A DNA stretch of 64,000 nt. Origin: Diplonema japonicum. Lineage: Eukaryota; Protista; Euglenozoa: Diplonemea. The number at the start of each line of letters is the position of its first letter. Within the stretch, counting starts at the first letter, position 1. The notes under the pieces were generated by a model that saw only the letters and a program-made list of their open reading frames with translations, ran no database searches and had not been told where the DNA came from. Of this stretch, positions 11,537 to 23,064 are shown piece by piece. The translations under genes and the position numbers were made by a program. The stretch is from contig OZ025731.1 of assembly GCA_964019335.1 (NCBI GenBank), positions 310,001-374,000 on the forward strand, in the 5' to 3' direction.

Positions 11537-12787
11537 ATGGGCACCCATTACACCAATATAAACCGGCAGGGGGCACCGGTTCAGACCCCTCGTCTTGTCG
11601 AGGTTGTGACAGATGTTATGAAAAAGGAAAGGGACCTGCAAAGGAGGGAACATGCCGTGAGGTGTAAAGAGGCAGACTTGGAAAAACGTGAGAATGCCAT
11701 CGCGGCGTCGGAACTGAAGGTGGAGGCCTTCCGCAGGGAGGCGGTAGAGATGGAGCGAAGAAAAATTGCAGAAGTGAGGCAAAGAGAAACCGACGTCGAA
11801 AAACTCATCGAAGAATTAAAAACAAAGACGAAAACTTTAAACGTTCACCATCAAGGAAACGACATGGCCTTCATCGTGGGCAGGGACGACACCACCGCCT
11901 TGATCTATGACACAATACGCCAGACCTTCGGACTCCCCGCCAAGCTACCGTTCAACTTGATGACGAAAAACTCCCAGATTCTAATCCCGTCTTTCGCGTC
12001 CGTTGATCCGACCCCTACATATTTCGTGCAGTTTTTCAATGGGAACAGAACGTCACCCGAACCTCCTATTCAATTACCAGCAAGCAAACCGGAAGTGTGT
12101 GTCTCAACAAAGGCTTTGTTCGTTAGTATATCCGGTGGCGATCACATTGCCGCTCTTTCATCAAGCCCACCCAAATTTGTCCATTCCAGAAGCTTGCTGC
12201 CAGGTTCTGGACAGGAACGCAATGTGGAGAGAGAAGTCCGGTGTTTATTGGAGCCCTGTAATGGGGTTTCAAAACGAATTTTTGTCTACGCTGGGTTCGG
12301 AGACAGCGCGGTAATCACCGACGAATTCGGAGGCCAAGCCCACACCGAACGGTTAACCATGGACAACAATGCTATTTTTACAGATGAGATGCTGTATCAA
12401 TCTTTCCTCCTCCCGGGAAGGTGCGATCCAACGCATGAAACACTTCTTTTGTTAGACAGCGGGCGGCATACGTTGACGATGCCTTACTGTATATCAACTG
12501 ATAAGCATGGGTCTGTCAGGAAGGAGGTTAATGTTACGGTTCCGCCGATGCACCCTGGTGTGCTTGTTCTGTCTGTGGGGTACGACCGCCCGCCGCCCCC
12601 TGACCCGTTACTCATTATCTCCGTCTTCCAGCTCCGGCACCTCGTCGCGCCTTCCTTGTCGTCGTTTGTCGCGCAGCTGCACAGCCTCGTGCAGAGCATG
12701 TTGCCATACGGTGTGGTGCCCTCCATACTTTGCGGGGCGTCGCGTGAGATTGACTTTGACACGTGCACGTTCCGATTCTGGGACTGA
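11537..12787 (+). CDS. Coiled-coil + degenerate metacaspase-like domain protein
   Basis: KALFVSIS, FVYAGFG (for YSGHG), IFTDEMLY, LLDSGRH..MPY (for DCCHSG..LPY). Confidence 0.55.
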   Translation: MGTHYTNINRQGAPVQTPRLVEVVTDVMKKERDLQRREHAVRCKEADLEKRENAIAASELKVEAFRREAVEMERRKIAEVRQRETDVEKLIEELKTKTKTLNVHHQGNDMAFIVGRDDTTALIYDTIRQTFGLPAKLPFNLMTKNSQILIPSFASVDPTPTYFVQFFNGNRTSPEPPIQLPASKPEVCVSTKALFVSISGGDHIAALSSSPPKFVHSRSLLPGSGQERNVEREVRCLLEPCNGVSKRIFVYAGFGDSAVITDEFGGQAHTERLTMDNNAIFTDEMLYQSFLLPGRCDPTHETLLLLDSGRHTLTMPYCISTDKHGSVRKEVNVTVPPMHPGVLVLSVGYDRPPPPDPLLIISVFQLRHLVAPSLSSFVAQLHSLVQSMLPYGVVPSILCGASREIDFDTCTFRFWD

Positions 12788-12811
12788 TGAAAGGTGTGTA
12801 CTTTTTATTAC

Positions 12812-13074
12812 AAGGTGGTGGGGATAACATGAAAATATAAGAAAAACATCAGATGTGTTGTTCGTCGTCGGTCGGCGCCCTGCACAAGAACTGTCTACTT
12901 GATTACAGGGGGCGCACCGCGGCCGAGTTGTAGCTTCTTCTGCGTTCCGCGTCGTGTCCTTAATGCGTGCGGTGTACAGCTCAACCCCAGCCGGTGCGTC
13001 CCGGGTAACCAAGATTCTGCGCTCGTGCAGTTTGCTGCCTGTTCGTCACCCTGAGCATCTGCATTATGTTCTTC
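12812..13074. repeat. Dispersed repeat, partner of 50457-50728
   Basis: 12812-12864 matches 50457-50509 directly; 12895-13074 matches 50552-50728 in reverse complement. Confidence 0.9.
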
Positions 13075-13622
13075 AACACCGGCCTCCTTTAACTCATATA
13101 TATTTTTTTTTATTTTTTTGTTTCGGTTTTGTAATTCTCTCCCCTCCTACACCCTGTTTTAGAGTATCTTATCCCTGTTATGTGATAAAAGTTGTTTTTA
13201 GTATCGCACTGCTAGGAGAATGGGGGGGATGAGAGCTTGCTCGTGGTGTGCTGGACAGGTTTGTGCGATGGTGCGGCGCCTTGGGTAGGCTGATTCTTGA
13301 ACGAAAGGGTGTGGGCAGTGATAGAGCCATCGGAACACAACACCCACTGTGTTCTGCGTCCCAGTCATGACCGGGTGTACCTTTCCAGGCAGCTCTCATG
13401 GCAAGAATGGCTGTCGACCCATGTTTCTTCTTCGGTTTTGGAGCTGAACGGGCTTTTGAGCTGTAAGGGATGTCCTACGCCAAGACAACGACGACGACCC
13501 TGGGGGGGCTTTTTGTATTTTCATCTTCATTTTTTTTATATACCGAAGGTTCCACCAGAAAAAAAAAAAAGAAAAAAAAAAAGGGTTCTTCTCCAAAACA
13601 CGCCCCATCCCTTTATTCCATT

Positions 13623-15068
13623 ATGAACAGACTTCTAAGGTCCGAGATCTCCTTGCGAAAGACGATTGGAAAAGAGGCTAACGCCAGCTACGAATGTTTG
13701 CTGAGGCAGTTGGACATCATTAAGCAGATCCCAGTACGGGAACCGCTCAGGGCACAACTGCAACGGGAGGAAGACGAACGAAACGAGGCGCTGGAACCGG
13801 TGCCGCCTTGCGTAATGTCCCCGATCCCACCGGAGACACAGAATTCCGACAGCAGGAAATCGTCTGCTTCAAGCCACAGAAGCTCAAAAAAACACGGTAC
13901 AGCCTCGTCAATAAAAAGCAGTAGGTTTTCTAAATACTCAACAGCAGGAAGCTCAGCTTCCTCTCGAGTAGATGCGTTGGTGCAACTTTTTTCAGGTGCG
14001 AGCAACGTGGTGGACCTTGGTGCTCCATTGATACGGCTGAACTCGCGGCACGACTCAAGCATGTGGCACCTCGATTTCCCGAAGATTTCAGATCTGTTCC
14101 ACAAACGTACTGCAAACGTTATTCCCGACACACCGGATACTCTTCTGAACCCAGATGTCGTGTGCGCGGGTGAGGCTGAACATCGTACTCATGTGGAGTA
14201 CCTTGAAAAGATTGCGTTGGAAGCTTTTCTCCCGCGGTACGTTAACGCGTTCGAGTCACACCGTTTGTTCCGCTTAGAAGCCGTTCACAGAAGCGTCTTT
14301 GTCGATGAAGAACAAGACGAGTCGGTATCGGTCCTAGTAGCTCCTACTGTTCTCGTCTGGGTCATCCAGGAGGAGTTCTACCAACGAAGACGTTTGGAAT
14401 CCGAACAGCACGATTGGTCCGATCGCGCCATGCGGATGTGCGTCAGAGCTGTCCACGCTTCACGGGGAAACATCACACGAAAACCTGCTTCGAAATGGCG
14501 GTTGAAACATAACCGATCTCAACAACACACTTTTCAAGACCGTTGTGTACAGACAAGATCGAAGCTTGCAGAGTGGAATTCATGGAACAGAGCGAAATTA
14601 CGGCGATTATTCAAACCATCCTTTAACATCATCGAACACGAAGAAACGGAGCAACGGGAAGCGGTTGAGAAGGAGGAGGATGCTAATCTTGTTGTTTTCT
14701 TTGCAGAGGTAACACGTGTTTGCTCTTCGCAGCAGGAAGTTTTCTTTTCCCATTGTAACGATCGATATAACAATATCGAAGCAGAACAGGCGTCTGCTTG
14801 GTGCAGTTTGTCCTCCGCGTTTGGTTCTGGTCTCATCGCTCTCCAACTGCAGTCCCCCGCCCCTCACGCCAACCCCATCCTCACCCTCGACCTGCGGGTC
14901 AACGCTGCTCTTCTCATCATCACCGAGACGTTCCTCAGAAAAAAGCTTCTTCACGAATCCTTGGTGTCCACGGAGAATATTCTTAAATCGCCCTGCAGCG
15001 GCTACACCGAGATCAACCACCACCATGCGATGCAACGGCTTAACCGAACGCTTGGCGTGACTACGTGA
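13623..15068 (+). CDS. Hypothetical protein (481 aa)
   Basis: Long non-low-complexity ORF from ATG 13623; no family recognised. Confidence 0.65.
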   Translation: MNRLLRSEISLRKTIGKEANASYECLLRQLDIIKQIPVREPLRAQLQREEDERNEALEPVPPCVMSPIPPETQNSDSRKSSASSHRSSKKHGTASSIKSSRFSKYSTAGSSASSRVDALVQLFSGASNVVDLGAPLIRLNSRHDSSMWHLDFPKISDLFHKRTANVIPDTPDTLLNPDVVCAGEAEHRTHVEYLEKIALEAFLPRYVNAFESHRLFRLEAVHRSVFVDEEQDESVSVLVAPTVLVWVIQEEFYQRRRLESEQHDWSDRAMRMCVRAVHASRGNITRKPASKWRLKHNRSQQHTFQDRCVQTRSKLAEWNSWNRAKLRRLFKPSFNIIEHEETEQREAVEKEEDANLVVFFAEVTRVCSSQQEVFFSHCNDRYNNIEAEQASAWCSLSSAFGSGLIALQLQSPAPHANPILTLDLRVNAALLIITETFLRKKLLHESLVSTENILKSPCSGYTEINHHHAMQRLNRTLGVTT

Positions 15069-15099
15069 AAAAAAAAATTTTTTTTTTTTCTTCTTTTTT

Positions 15100-15546
15100 G
15101 GGGACCAATGTTTCCAACCTCCCTGTGGTGGTTCCTGGTAATTGTGGTTTGGAGAAACACAAGCGAAAGGGAAACTCTCGTTCTAAAGCCGTACACGTGG
15201 GGAAACTTGGACGGGGGTGGAGAGCCCACCCTACGCGTGGCGCCAGTTAGCATCGCCCTCAACGGAGAGTCCCTTATCCCATTACATCGAACAAGGAGGT
15301 GGCTTCACCAGGTCAGGCAAGTAGCCTCCCCGCGGCATCGTGCCAGTGAAGCAAGCCTCCCACAACTCTCCAGTTGGTGTTTAATTGCTTCTGTGGCCCC
15401 TCTCCCTATTTCAATTTCCAAGCTTTCTTTACCTCCACTTTTACTTTCTACGGGACCACAGGGGACTTGGGAGGCTTCGGGGCGAAGTTTCACAAGGGTG
15501 GCCGCTTTGTCACATACTGCATGGCACCACTAAAATCGAGACAACT
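15100..15546. repeat. T-flanked dispersed element, partner of 38955-39096
   Basis: Shared ggaccaatgtttccaacctc.ctgtggtgg and acacaagcgaa.gggaaactct; 15508-15521 tgtcacatactgca shared with the 41-bp element. Confidence 0.75.
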
Positions 15547-15680
15547 TTTTTTTTTGGTTTCCACCAAAAAAAAAAAAAAAAAAGATTGAAAGATAAGTTT
15601 TTGTGTGTTTTTTTTTTTTCATTTTTATCGGGTTTTCAAAACAAAAAGAAGAGGGGGGTGTGGGACTTTAAAAAAAAAAA

Positions 15681-16643
15681 ATGGAGGAAGTTCGAAAGTT
15701 GTTCAGACAACAAGCCCCCAGCAAAGACATCGTCGGCATGTTCAAAGAGGTCCCGTCTTGGGTAGACGAGGAGGTGCAGGACAAGTTTGTGGAAATGGTA
15801 TTATGTGACGACGTTGCGTTGAAGTACAAAGCAGTGGAAAAATACCCGTGGCTGGTGTGCAAAGCCATCGTGAGGGAAGTAGAAGCGGCGGGCGGCGGGA
15901 TCAGCGATTGGTTAATGGAGAAATGCATCGACCTTCAACCCAAGGGAGAAGAGGTGAGCGACAGCCTCGGCGGCATGGGGAGAGACCTCACATACAGCTA
16001 CAAATCATACGAAATTGAAAATGTAACATTCGGCATCAGGGTCTGGCCGCAGTTCAGCCACGTTGGCTTGGCCTTATGGCCCGCAGGTTTCGCCGTAGCA
16101 GAATGGGTACTGCGCAATAAAACGAACCTGAACGGGAAGACCATCGTAGAACTCGGCAGCGGTGTAGGGCTGACGGGAATAGTGGCGTCCTTAGCAACGG
16201 CTGCAAAGCGGTCCATTATGACCGACTACCTGCCCATGGTGAATGACAACGCTGAGATAAATATCAAAGAAGCGAATGTAGGCGACAAGACTCAGGTTGA
16301 CCTTCTTGACTGGATGTCCGTGGCTAAGAATGACCCAGCTGTTCTGTCACTCATAGAAAGCTACAACACAACCCATCTTCTTGCCGCCGATGTGGTATAC
16401 GATCGTGAGGTGGTCCCTGCTCTCGCGGATACTTTCCGGGCCTTCCTTCGCCTCTCCCCCAACTTGGAAAAGGTCGTTTTCGCCGTGACCCGTAGGAATG
16501 AAGAGACCTTCCAATACCTCCTGGAGCAGCTCCGCCGTTGCAACCTTACCCTCACAGCAACCTCGACCCCCTCTCCTACGGGTGTCTTCCACTACGACCC
16601 CGATTTGATCACTATTTATAGTCTGGAGCTTAAGGACGATTGA
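15681..16643 (+). CDS. Protein-lysine methyltransferase, EEF2KMT/FAM86-like (Methyltransf_16)
   Basis: VGLALWPAG, IVELGSGVGLTG, MTDY, LDW, LAADVVYD, TRRNEETF. Confidence 0.9.
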   Translation: MEEVRKLFRQQAPSKDIVGMFKEVPSWVDEEVQDKFVEMVLCDDVALKYKAVEKYPWLVCKAIVREVEAAGGGISDWLMEKCIDLQPKGEEVSDSLGGMGRDLTYSYKSYEIENVTFGIRVWPQFSHVGLALWPAGFAVAEWVLRNKTNLNGKTIVELGSGVGLTGIVASLATAAKRSIMTDYLPMVNDNAEINIKEANVGDKTQVDLLDWMSVAKNDPAVLSLIESYNTTHLLAADVVYDREVVPALADTFRAFLRLSPNLEKVVFAVTRRNEETFQYLLEQLRRCNLTLTATSTPSPTGVFHYDPDLITIYSLELKDD

Positions 16644-16722
16644 TCACTTTTTATTTTGTTGTTTTGTAAAAAGAAATTTGAAAAAAAAAAAAAAAAAAGA
16701 GAGTGGAAAAAAAAAAAAAAAA

Positions 16723-19700
16723 ATGGACAAAGGATTGTTCACGGTGCACGTTGCAGTGAAGTCGCTCATTGTGGTACCGAAGGAAAATGCGGATTATCAA
16801 AATAGTTACGAATTGTTGTGGAGATCGAGTAAAGGCGCGCTGCGTGGGGGCGCGACCGAGAAGCGTACTGTCGAGGAGCTGAAGGAGGAGTGGGGCGAGC
16901 TGGGTCCGGGGAACAGCGTGACGTTTCAAGGAAAGCGGCGAACCGTCGTGCTGTGCCTCGCGATGTACAGGACCCGAAGCGTGGAGTACTCGGCGGAGGT
17001 GGAACTGGATTTGAAAAAGGTGATATGCAAATCAAACACCCGGAAGATATTCGTTGTGTTCCCTCTAAAGCATTTCTCTGCCGAGCTCACCCTACACGCC
17101 TCATGGTACGCAAGGGAGCAACCAACAGTCCTCCCATGGGACCCACCTCACACAGACGTCGTGTGTACAAGTGCTGTGTCGCACCCTCTGTCGCCGTTAT
17201 CGTCGAAAACAAGTTCGAACGATAGAAAAGACCGGCGGTTGACATCAATGTTGCTTTCTAATGAAGCAACGAAAGCGTTTGTAAACATGGTCAGCAATTC
17301 TTGGATGGGTTTGGGCAAGGGGAAGCGGGAAAGCCTCGCTGGCATCCTCGACGACATCTCGGCTTTGTTCGAGGCGGAGGAAATGAAACAGGTCCCGTAC
17401 CACCATGCGATCGCCTCGTCCATCGACATGTTCGAGAGGTTTCTGCTCGATTGGAATCATCAGAAACCATGCAAGGATCTGCTTCTCGCAACGTCGAATC
17501 CAGAACAGTCGCTTCTGTCTATTTTGTCGAAGTACTCCCTCACCGATGCTGACCTGACAGTGTGCGTGTCGGAATGGTTGGAAACAATTGCGTTAAACAT
17601 AATCTCTGAACACGATCTGGTACCTCACAGCCGTTCAAAAGAAGCGAGCAACAAACTAGAAATTGAAAAATCGAGAATGCACGCGTACCGGATTCTGAAG
17701 ACAGCGTTGCATCGGTATTTCTATTCAAAGTGTGCAGTAGCATTGCGACGACCGCCGTTGGCGTCCGGACCATGGCTGCGAGCGTTGAACAACGCACGGC
17801 TACGGGACCAAAACGTTCGAGAACGCCTCGCAGAACTGAAGGGAACCGACCCTGATATTTCCGAATGGGGGGTCAACTTGGAAATTCAAAAATCCTCGCT
17901 CGCCGATGGAGTGGAACGCCTTTCAAAATTGAAGGGATGTGCGTTGTCGCCATTCGATGCTGTAGTCACCATATCCCGTGCGAGCATATCCATCACGAAA
18001 ACAGTGGAAAACATAACAGGGAGCTTGGTTGGGGCAGATGTGTTCTTCCCGTTGTTCGCGTGGTGCGTGGCGGAGGCAGACCTCAACGACGCTTCAGAGA
18101 TGCAGTGTATCATCGAAAACTTTTTGACGTCGCGTCCCGTCGCGTCGCTTCTTCTATCTTCCGAGTTAGAATATTACATCACATGTTACTCCGCAGCAGT
18201 TTCGTACCTCGAGTCGAATAATATCAGGGAGTCCGACGACACTTCTTCATCCGAATGGTCAGAGGAAGGCAACAACGATTCCGATCCCGACTCCGACGAA
18301 CACGACGCACAAGCTATCGACCGAGAGTACCGCGAATGGTTGAAGGTCCGCCGCGAGCAATCCGTTCGCGACCGTGCCAACGAGACATGGATGGCGGAAA
18401 TCAAATCCGTTCCAATGTTATGGAGGAACAGTAAGTTAAAAGGCCGGCGTAGAGGGTGGTTCTGGAGGCAAGGCTTGCGGAATAGAATACACTTCCGCCC
18501 CGAGTCGTACATTTGCCATCTTGGAACCTCGATGGAAAAATACCGTGTTCTTGCTGACAAGCTGGACCACAAGGCCTCCAGCAAACGGACGTTGGAGTTC
18601 GACCTCAAGCGTACTTTGTCAGGATTCGGTCCGACCGTTGCCGCGCAACCTGAATTGTACATTACAAAGCTTCGAGATTTGCTGACTGCGTTCGCCAACG
18701 TTCGACCGGACCTTGGATACGTGCAGGGGATGGGTTACATCGCGTTGATGTTCTTGTTGCACTCCGACGATACCGCGGAGGCCTTCATGGGGTTCACAGC
18801 CACCATACACTCGCCGGTGATTTCGGATTTTTACAATTTCGACACGACCGAGATGGAGGTTCAGTTTCGAACGTTCGATCTGCTGTTCCAACAGGTTGCC
18901 CCGACGCTCTTCAAACATTTGTCAAAGCTGAACGTCGCCACGAGGACATTCCTCTTCGACTGGTGGATGACGCTGTGGACAAGGCAGTTTGACTACGACA
19001 CCATCGCCGCTCCCTTGTGGAATCTGTACATCGGCGGTGGTTCCAAACCGCATTTGTTGCACAGCATCTCTATCGGGATCTTGAACTCGATGGCACCGCA
19101 GCTCCTTTCAAAGAACGACGAGCAGGTACTCATCACGCTTTCCCAGCTTCGTACCGTGAGGCTGGACGCCGATCTCGTCCTTGCCTCGGTCCAGAACATC
19201 GTTTCAAGAATTTCCTCGAAGAACTTCAAGGACGCGCTCAACGCAGTCCGAAGCTCCGACCCATCGCTGCAGCAAATGCAGGCCTCCGCATCTGTCCCGC
19301 ATCACAAATACCACACGTGTTACACGAGACGAAGGGTTCCCATCGATGAGGACACGTCGGCTGTAGTTCTATGGTTCGCTTCCCGACCGCATCCCGCTGC
19401 CAGTGGCGAGGTCCCCGGACTGCGGGAATGGGTGTGGGACTATTCAAAGCACACCATGAGCTCCAAATGGGACGCTTTGTTGAAATACGCCGAGAGCATG
19501 CCGCATGGGACCGTTCGCTGCGCCGGCGTTGATTACGTGGAGTGGATCAACGGGCTCATCACCAGCTGGGCAGAGACCGACGAAGAGTACGCCGCCCTTC
19601 ATGCTGCCCGTTGGCAAGGCCTTATCTTCGTCGAGCAGATCCCCGACTCCATGAGGATACTCAGCCCTGCTTCCAGCACCACGTTGCTGCACAAGATCTT

Positions 19701-21704
19701 CTCCCGGATACCCAGAATGCCTCCCAAGGGATGGTCACCGCATACTTACCTCAGCGTCGCGTCCGGACCCATATTCATCCTTGGGAAGTCCGATAGCTCG
19801 CAAGCAAAGCCGACGCCTTACAGGTCGCCCGACCCTTATAGTATTTCTTCCATCCCGCATGTCATTCCGAAAAGGGTGGAAGGGACGCTTTCGCAGGAGG
19901 TCAAGGAGGAAGCGCTTGACGTGGACATTTCGGTGTGGTGCAAGAACAAGAAACCGAGGGTGACCGAGCTGCATGTGTCGAAGATGGACCACAGTTCGTT
20001 GTACTGCGTGGCGAGTGATGTGTATCAACCGTTGGAGTCGATTGCGTCGCAGCTGTCACCGACGGAGAGGCTGCAGCTGTGCGTTCCAAAGGACACTACG
20101 CTGCAGCTGACGGTGTGCGTGAAGACGATGCAGCAGCTGAACGGGAGCTGCGAGGTCATCGGGACCACAGCGGCGATCGCGTTCAGAGGCGAGCCCCTGT
20201 CACTGTGGGTACCTCTCACCCTCGGGCAGAACGAGATCGGAAAGGTGAACCTCTCCGTTACAACCCCCACCGCCACCGAGCGGCAGAAAAAGCAACAACG
20301 AATCGAAGAGCGACGCAAGTCCATCGGACGCAAGATGCAACACTGCGACGAACGCATACTGACGACCTTATTCCAGTACTGTGGTCCCTCCACGTTGCTG
20401 GCTAGCTGTCTCGGTGTTTGCAAACCGTGGCACAAACACGCTGCGTCCTGCATGAGGGCTACCGATATGTGGGGTGCCGTTGAACAAAGCACTGCAGCCA
20501 TCTCACTGATCCACCATCCGATGGCACTCCCGGCGTTTGTTAAACTAGCTGTCGCGCAGCAAGGGCCCGCAAGGACCTCTGTGGCTAAAAGGCTGGCTTT
20601 GTTGTTGAAGAAAGGCATGTCTGCAGACCATCTTGCATCGGTTTCAGAAGACGTGAGGGCGCTTCTGTCCTTGTTGTACTCTTCCGAACCGAATGCTGAG
20701 GTGCTGCTGACCTGTACTGATCTTGTCGTGTCACTGTTGCGCGGGAAGCTTGAAGTGAGCGAGACCGCTGCAGACAGTCTAAAAGAGCTGCTGGCACATC
20801 CTCTGGAGAACGGTATGTTCTTACTTTAAAAAAAAAGAAAATTGCAGACGAGCTTTATGTTGTCCTCAGAAACCTCATCACAAGGGACACGGACCTCGAC
20901 TTACATCTACTGAAGAGCGGGTACCTAAGCGCGCTGAACAAGGGTTTGAAGGCTGGGATTCAAGTCAAGCAAGACCGTGAAGCGTTTGTGACTATTATAA
21001 ACAGGCTTTGTGTGATACAGGTTGGTAATGAAGGTAGCGACATGGCCGGCACTATCGACTGCATCGAAGCACTGCTTCGCCAGACGGAGTGCGGAGACGC
21101 AGGCCCTCTGTTGTCAGCACTTCAGGGCGTGCTTACATTCACTGCAAGGTATTAAAAAAGAAACCCCAAAATGAAATACAGAACACCTGACGCGCTCACC
21201 CGTCTCTGGGACGTTGTTTTACCGCATTGTGCCAACACAGAAGCGGTCCCTGTTGTGCAATGGCTTGTGGCTGAGAGATGTGATGGATCGTTTCCAGGGG
21301 TACTCGCGTGTATTCCTGAGAATGTATGTGTGAACAGGGAAGCGATGGTGGTGTGTTTGGAATGCAAAGGTGGCACCGGTGTGCTCGCAGTTCTTGGGCA
21401 AGATGCGGAGCACGAAAGTCGAGAAATGTGTCTGTCCGTGCTCCTCGAGGACACTTCTCCTCCTTACGCCGACCTCGCCCTTGTTGTCGAGCGTTGCCTT
21501 GAAGACGGGAAGCTCCCGTTGCTTCGCGCCGTGTCCCGCGCTCTGGAGCGCGTTCCCAGTCCAACTGACGTTTATACCCTCCCTTTGCTTATTTCTAACC
21601 TTTCTGTTTATTACAAGCAGCATCAATCGGCCGAGGTTTTGAAACTGCTGCAGGAGTTAGGTAAGTGGTGCCCGCTCGCGATGTGCAGTGCTTTAATAAG
21701 CTAG
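16723..21704 (+). CDS. Multidomain VPS9 (Rab GEF) + TBC (Rab GAP) + F-box-like protein, 3 exons
   Basis: VPS9: GADVFFP..EYYITCYSAAVSYL; TBC: DLKRT..GYVQGM; F-box-like: ILTTLFQYC..LGVCKPW; introns 20813-20847 and 21149-21181 restore frame. Confidence 0.8.
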
Positions 21705-21793
21705 CTAGATACCCCCCCCCCCCCCCCCCTTCTCTTTCTCCCCCCCCTTTTTTTCAAGTAGAAGAAAAAAAAAGAAAGAAAAATAAAAAAAAA

Positions 21794-22117
21794 GAGTCGG
21801 CTGATTGTTTGTGCAAGCCGGTCATCTTTCTTGTGGACCTGCTTGAGACGGCCTCGTTGCCCAAGCAACCACATCTTGGGCAATGGAAACCCGTTTTGTG
21901 CTCCCGGTCGCACCCGGCAGCACAGTCCGGGTCCGCCGGCGCCGTGGGGGCCCCCTCCGGGTATAGTATAACCGACAACTCCGACGGGTCGATGTCTGCG
22001 CAAGCCATTTTTGTTTGTGCAAGCCGTTTTCACCTACAGTAGGGATAAACGGGCAAGCTGCCTCTACTCTTTTTTGCAATAACAATTCTTTTCAAAAGTT
22101 TGTTTACTTGTTCCAGC
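21794..22117 (-). mobile_element. T-run-flanked short element loaded with a Cys/His mini-ORF cassette
   Basis: 16-bp direct repeats (21805-21820, 22011-22026) bracket ORF MACADID..DCAAGCDREH..HCPRCG; the flanks align to the empty copy at 61272-61401. Confidence 0.8.
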
Positions 22118-22140
22118 AAAAAAAAAAAAGAAATGCTGCC

Positions 22141-22905
22141 ATGCTGACAGACGAAGCGTCCCAATGGCTCGATGAGCATAACCGTGTGCGATGCCAGTAC
22201 GGAGCGGCGAACGTGACGTGGAACAACACCATGGCAGCGGAGGTCGAGGGGATCTTGTCGAGCATTGGGTGTAGGTACAGCGAGTACAGCAGCGCATCGG
22301 GGGTCAACAGCTACTGGTCGGTGTACGAAACAAGCTCGGTCGAGGTGGTCAAGGCATGGGAGGCGGACGGTGACATGTACAATTTCACAAAGGGTATCTC
22401 CAGCGCAAAAGAGCTCACGTTTACACAAGTCCTGTGGAGGTACAGCACGCAAATCGGCTGCGCGTCGTGCGCCAACACATCAAGCTACGGTGCCCTCTGC
22501 CAGTACTCCCCTGCGGGGAACGTGAAGGGGCATTTCTCCAGCGCTGTGAAGCGTGCTCTGTCCTGCGACACGATAGTCCCTTCGCCGCCAGCCTTCGAGT
22601 ACAATGCAAGCTACATTGTCTTCACAGTTCTCTTAGGATGCCTGCTTCTATGCGTCTTGTCGATTTACTCTTACATTAAACTAACGTCTTCTGAAGAGCC
22701 TGCCATTCTCCATGCTGCGCATCATGGTGTCACTGACACACCCGATCTCGTCTTAGGAAAGAGCGGGACTGGGATGAAAAGTGCGCAGAGGGGGGCCACC
22801 GTCCCGGACAACGAGGAAAGCGAAGAGGAAGAGGAGGAAGAGGAAATTATTGAGCCGACCGAAGAGCAGCAACGCGAGGCGCCGTATCCGGTTGTCCCTC
22901 GGTGA
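22141..22905 (+). CDS. CAP/SCP (PR-1-like) domain protein with TM helix
   Basis: HNRVRC..W..., FTQVLW.YSTQIGCA, CQYSPAGN; TM IVFTVLLGCLLLCVLSIY. Confidence 0.88.
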   Translation: MLTDEASQWLDEHNRVRCQYGAANVTWNNTMAAEVEGILSSIGCRYSEYSSASGVNSYWSVYETSSVEVVKAWEADGDMYNFTKGISSAKELTFTQVLWRYSTQIGCASCANTSSYGALCQYSPAGNVKGHFSSAVKRALSCDTIVPSPPAFEYNASYIVFTVLLGCLLLCVLSIYSYIKLTSSEEPAILHAAHHGVTDTPDLVLGKSGTGMKSAQRGATVPDNEESEEEEEEEEIIEPTEEQQREAPYPVVPR

Positions 22906-23064
22906 AGAAAAAAAAAAAAAAAAGAAAGAAGCTTTTTTTTTTTTTTAAATGACTTTACAGTCTATGTTTTTGTCTCTCTTTCGTCCCCCCATCTTTTCTT
23001 CTTTTTGTTCACACATTATCCAGAGCGTGGAGGAGAGGGAGGAGAAAAAAAAAAAAAAATAATA

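Noticed and set aside
13230-13500. Non-homopolymer stretch that could be a small gene
   Set aside because: No ATG-initiated ORF of useful length or recognisable motif on +; left unassigned
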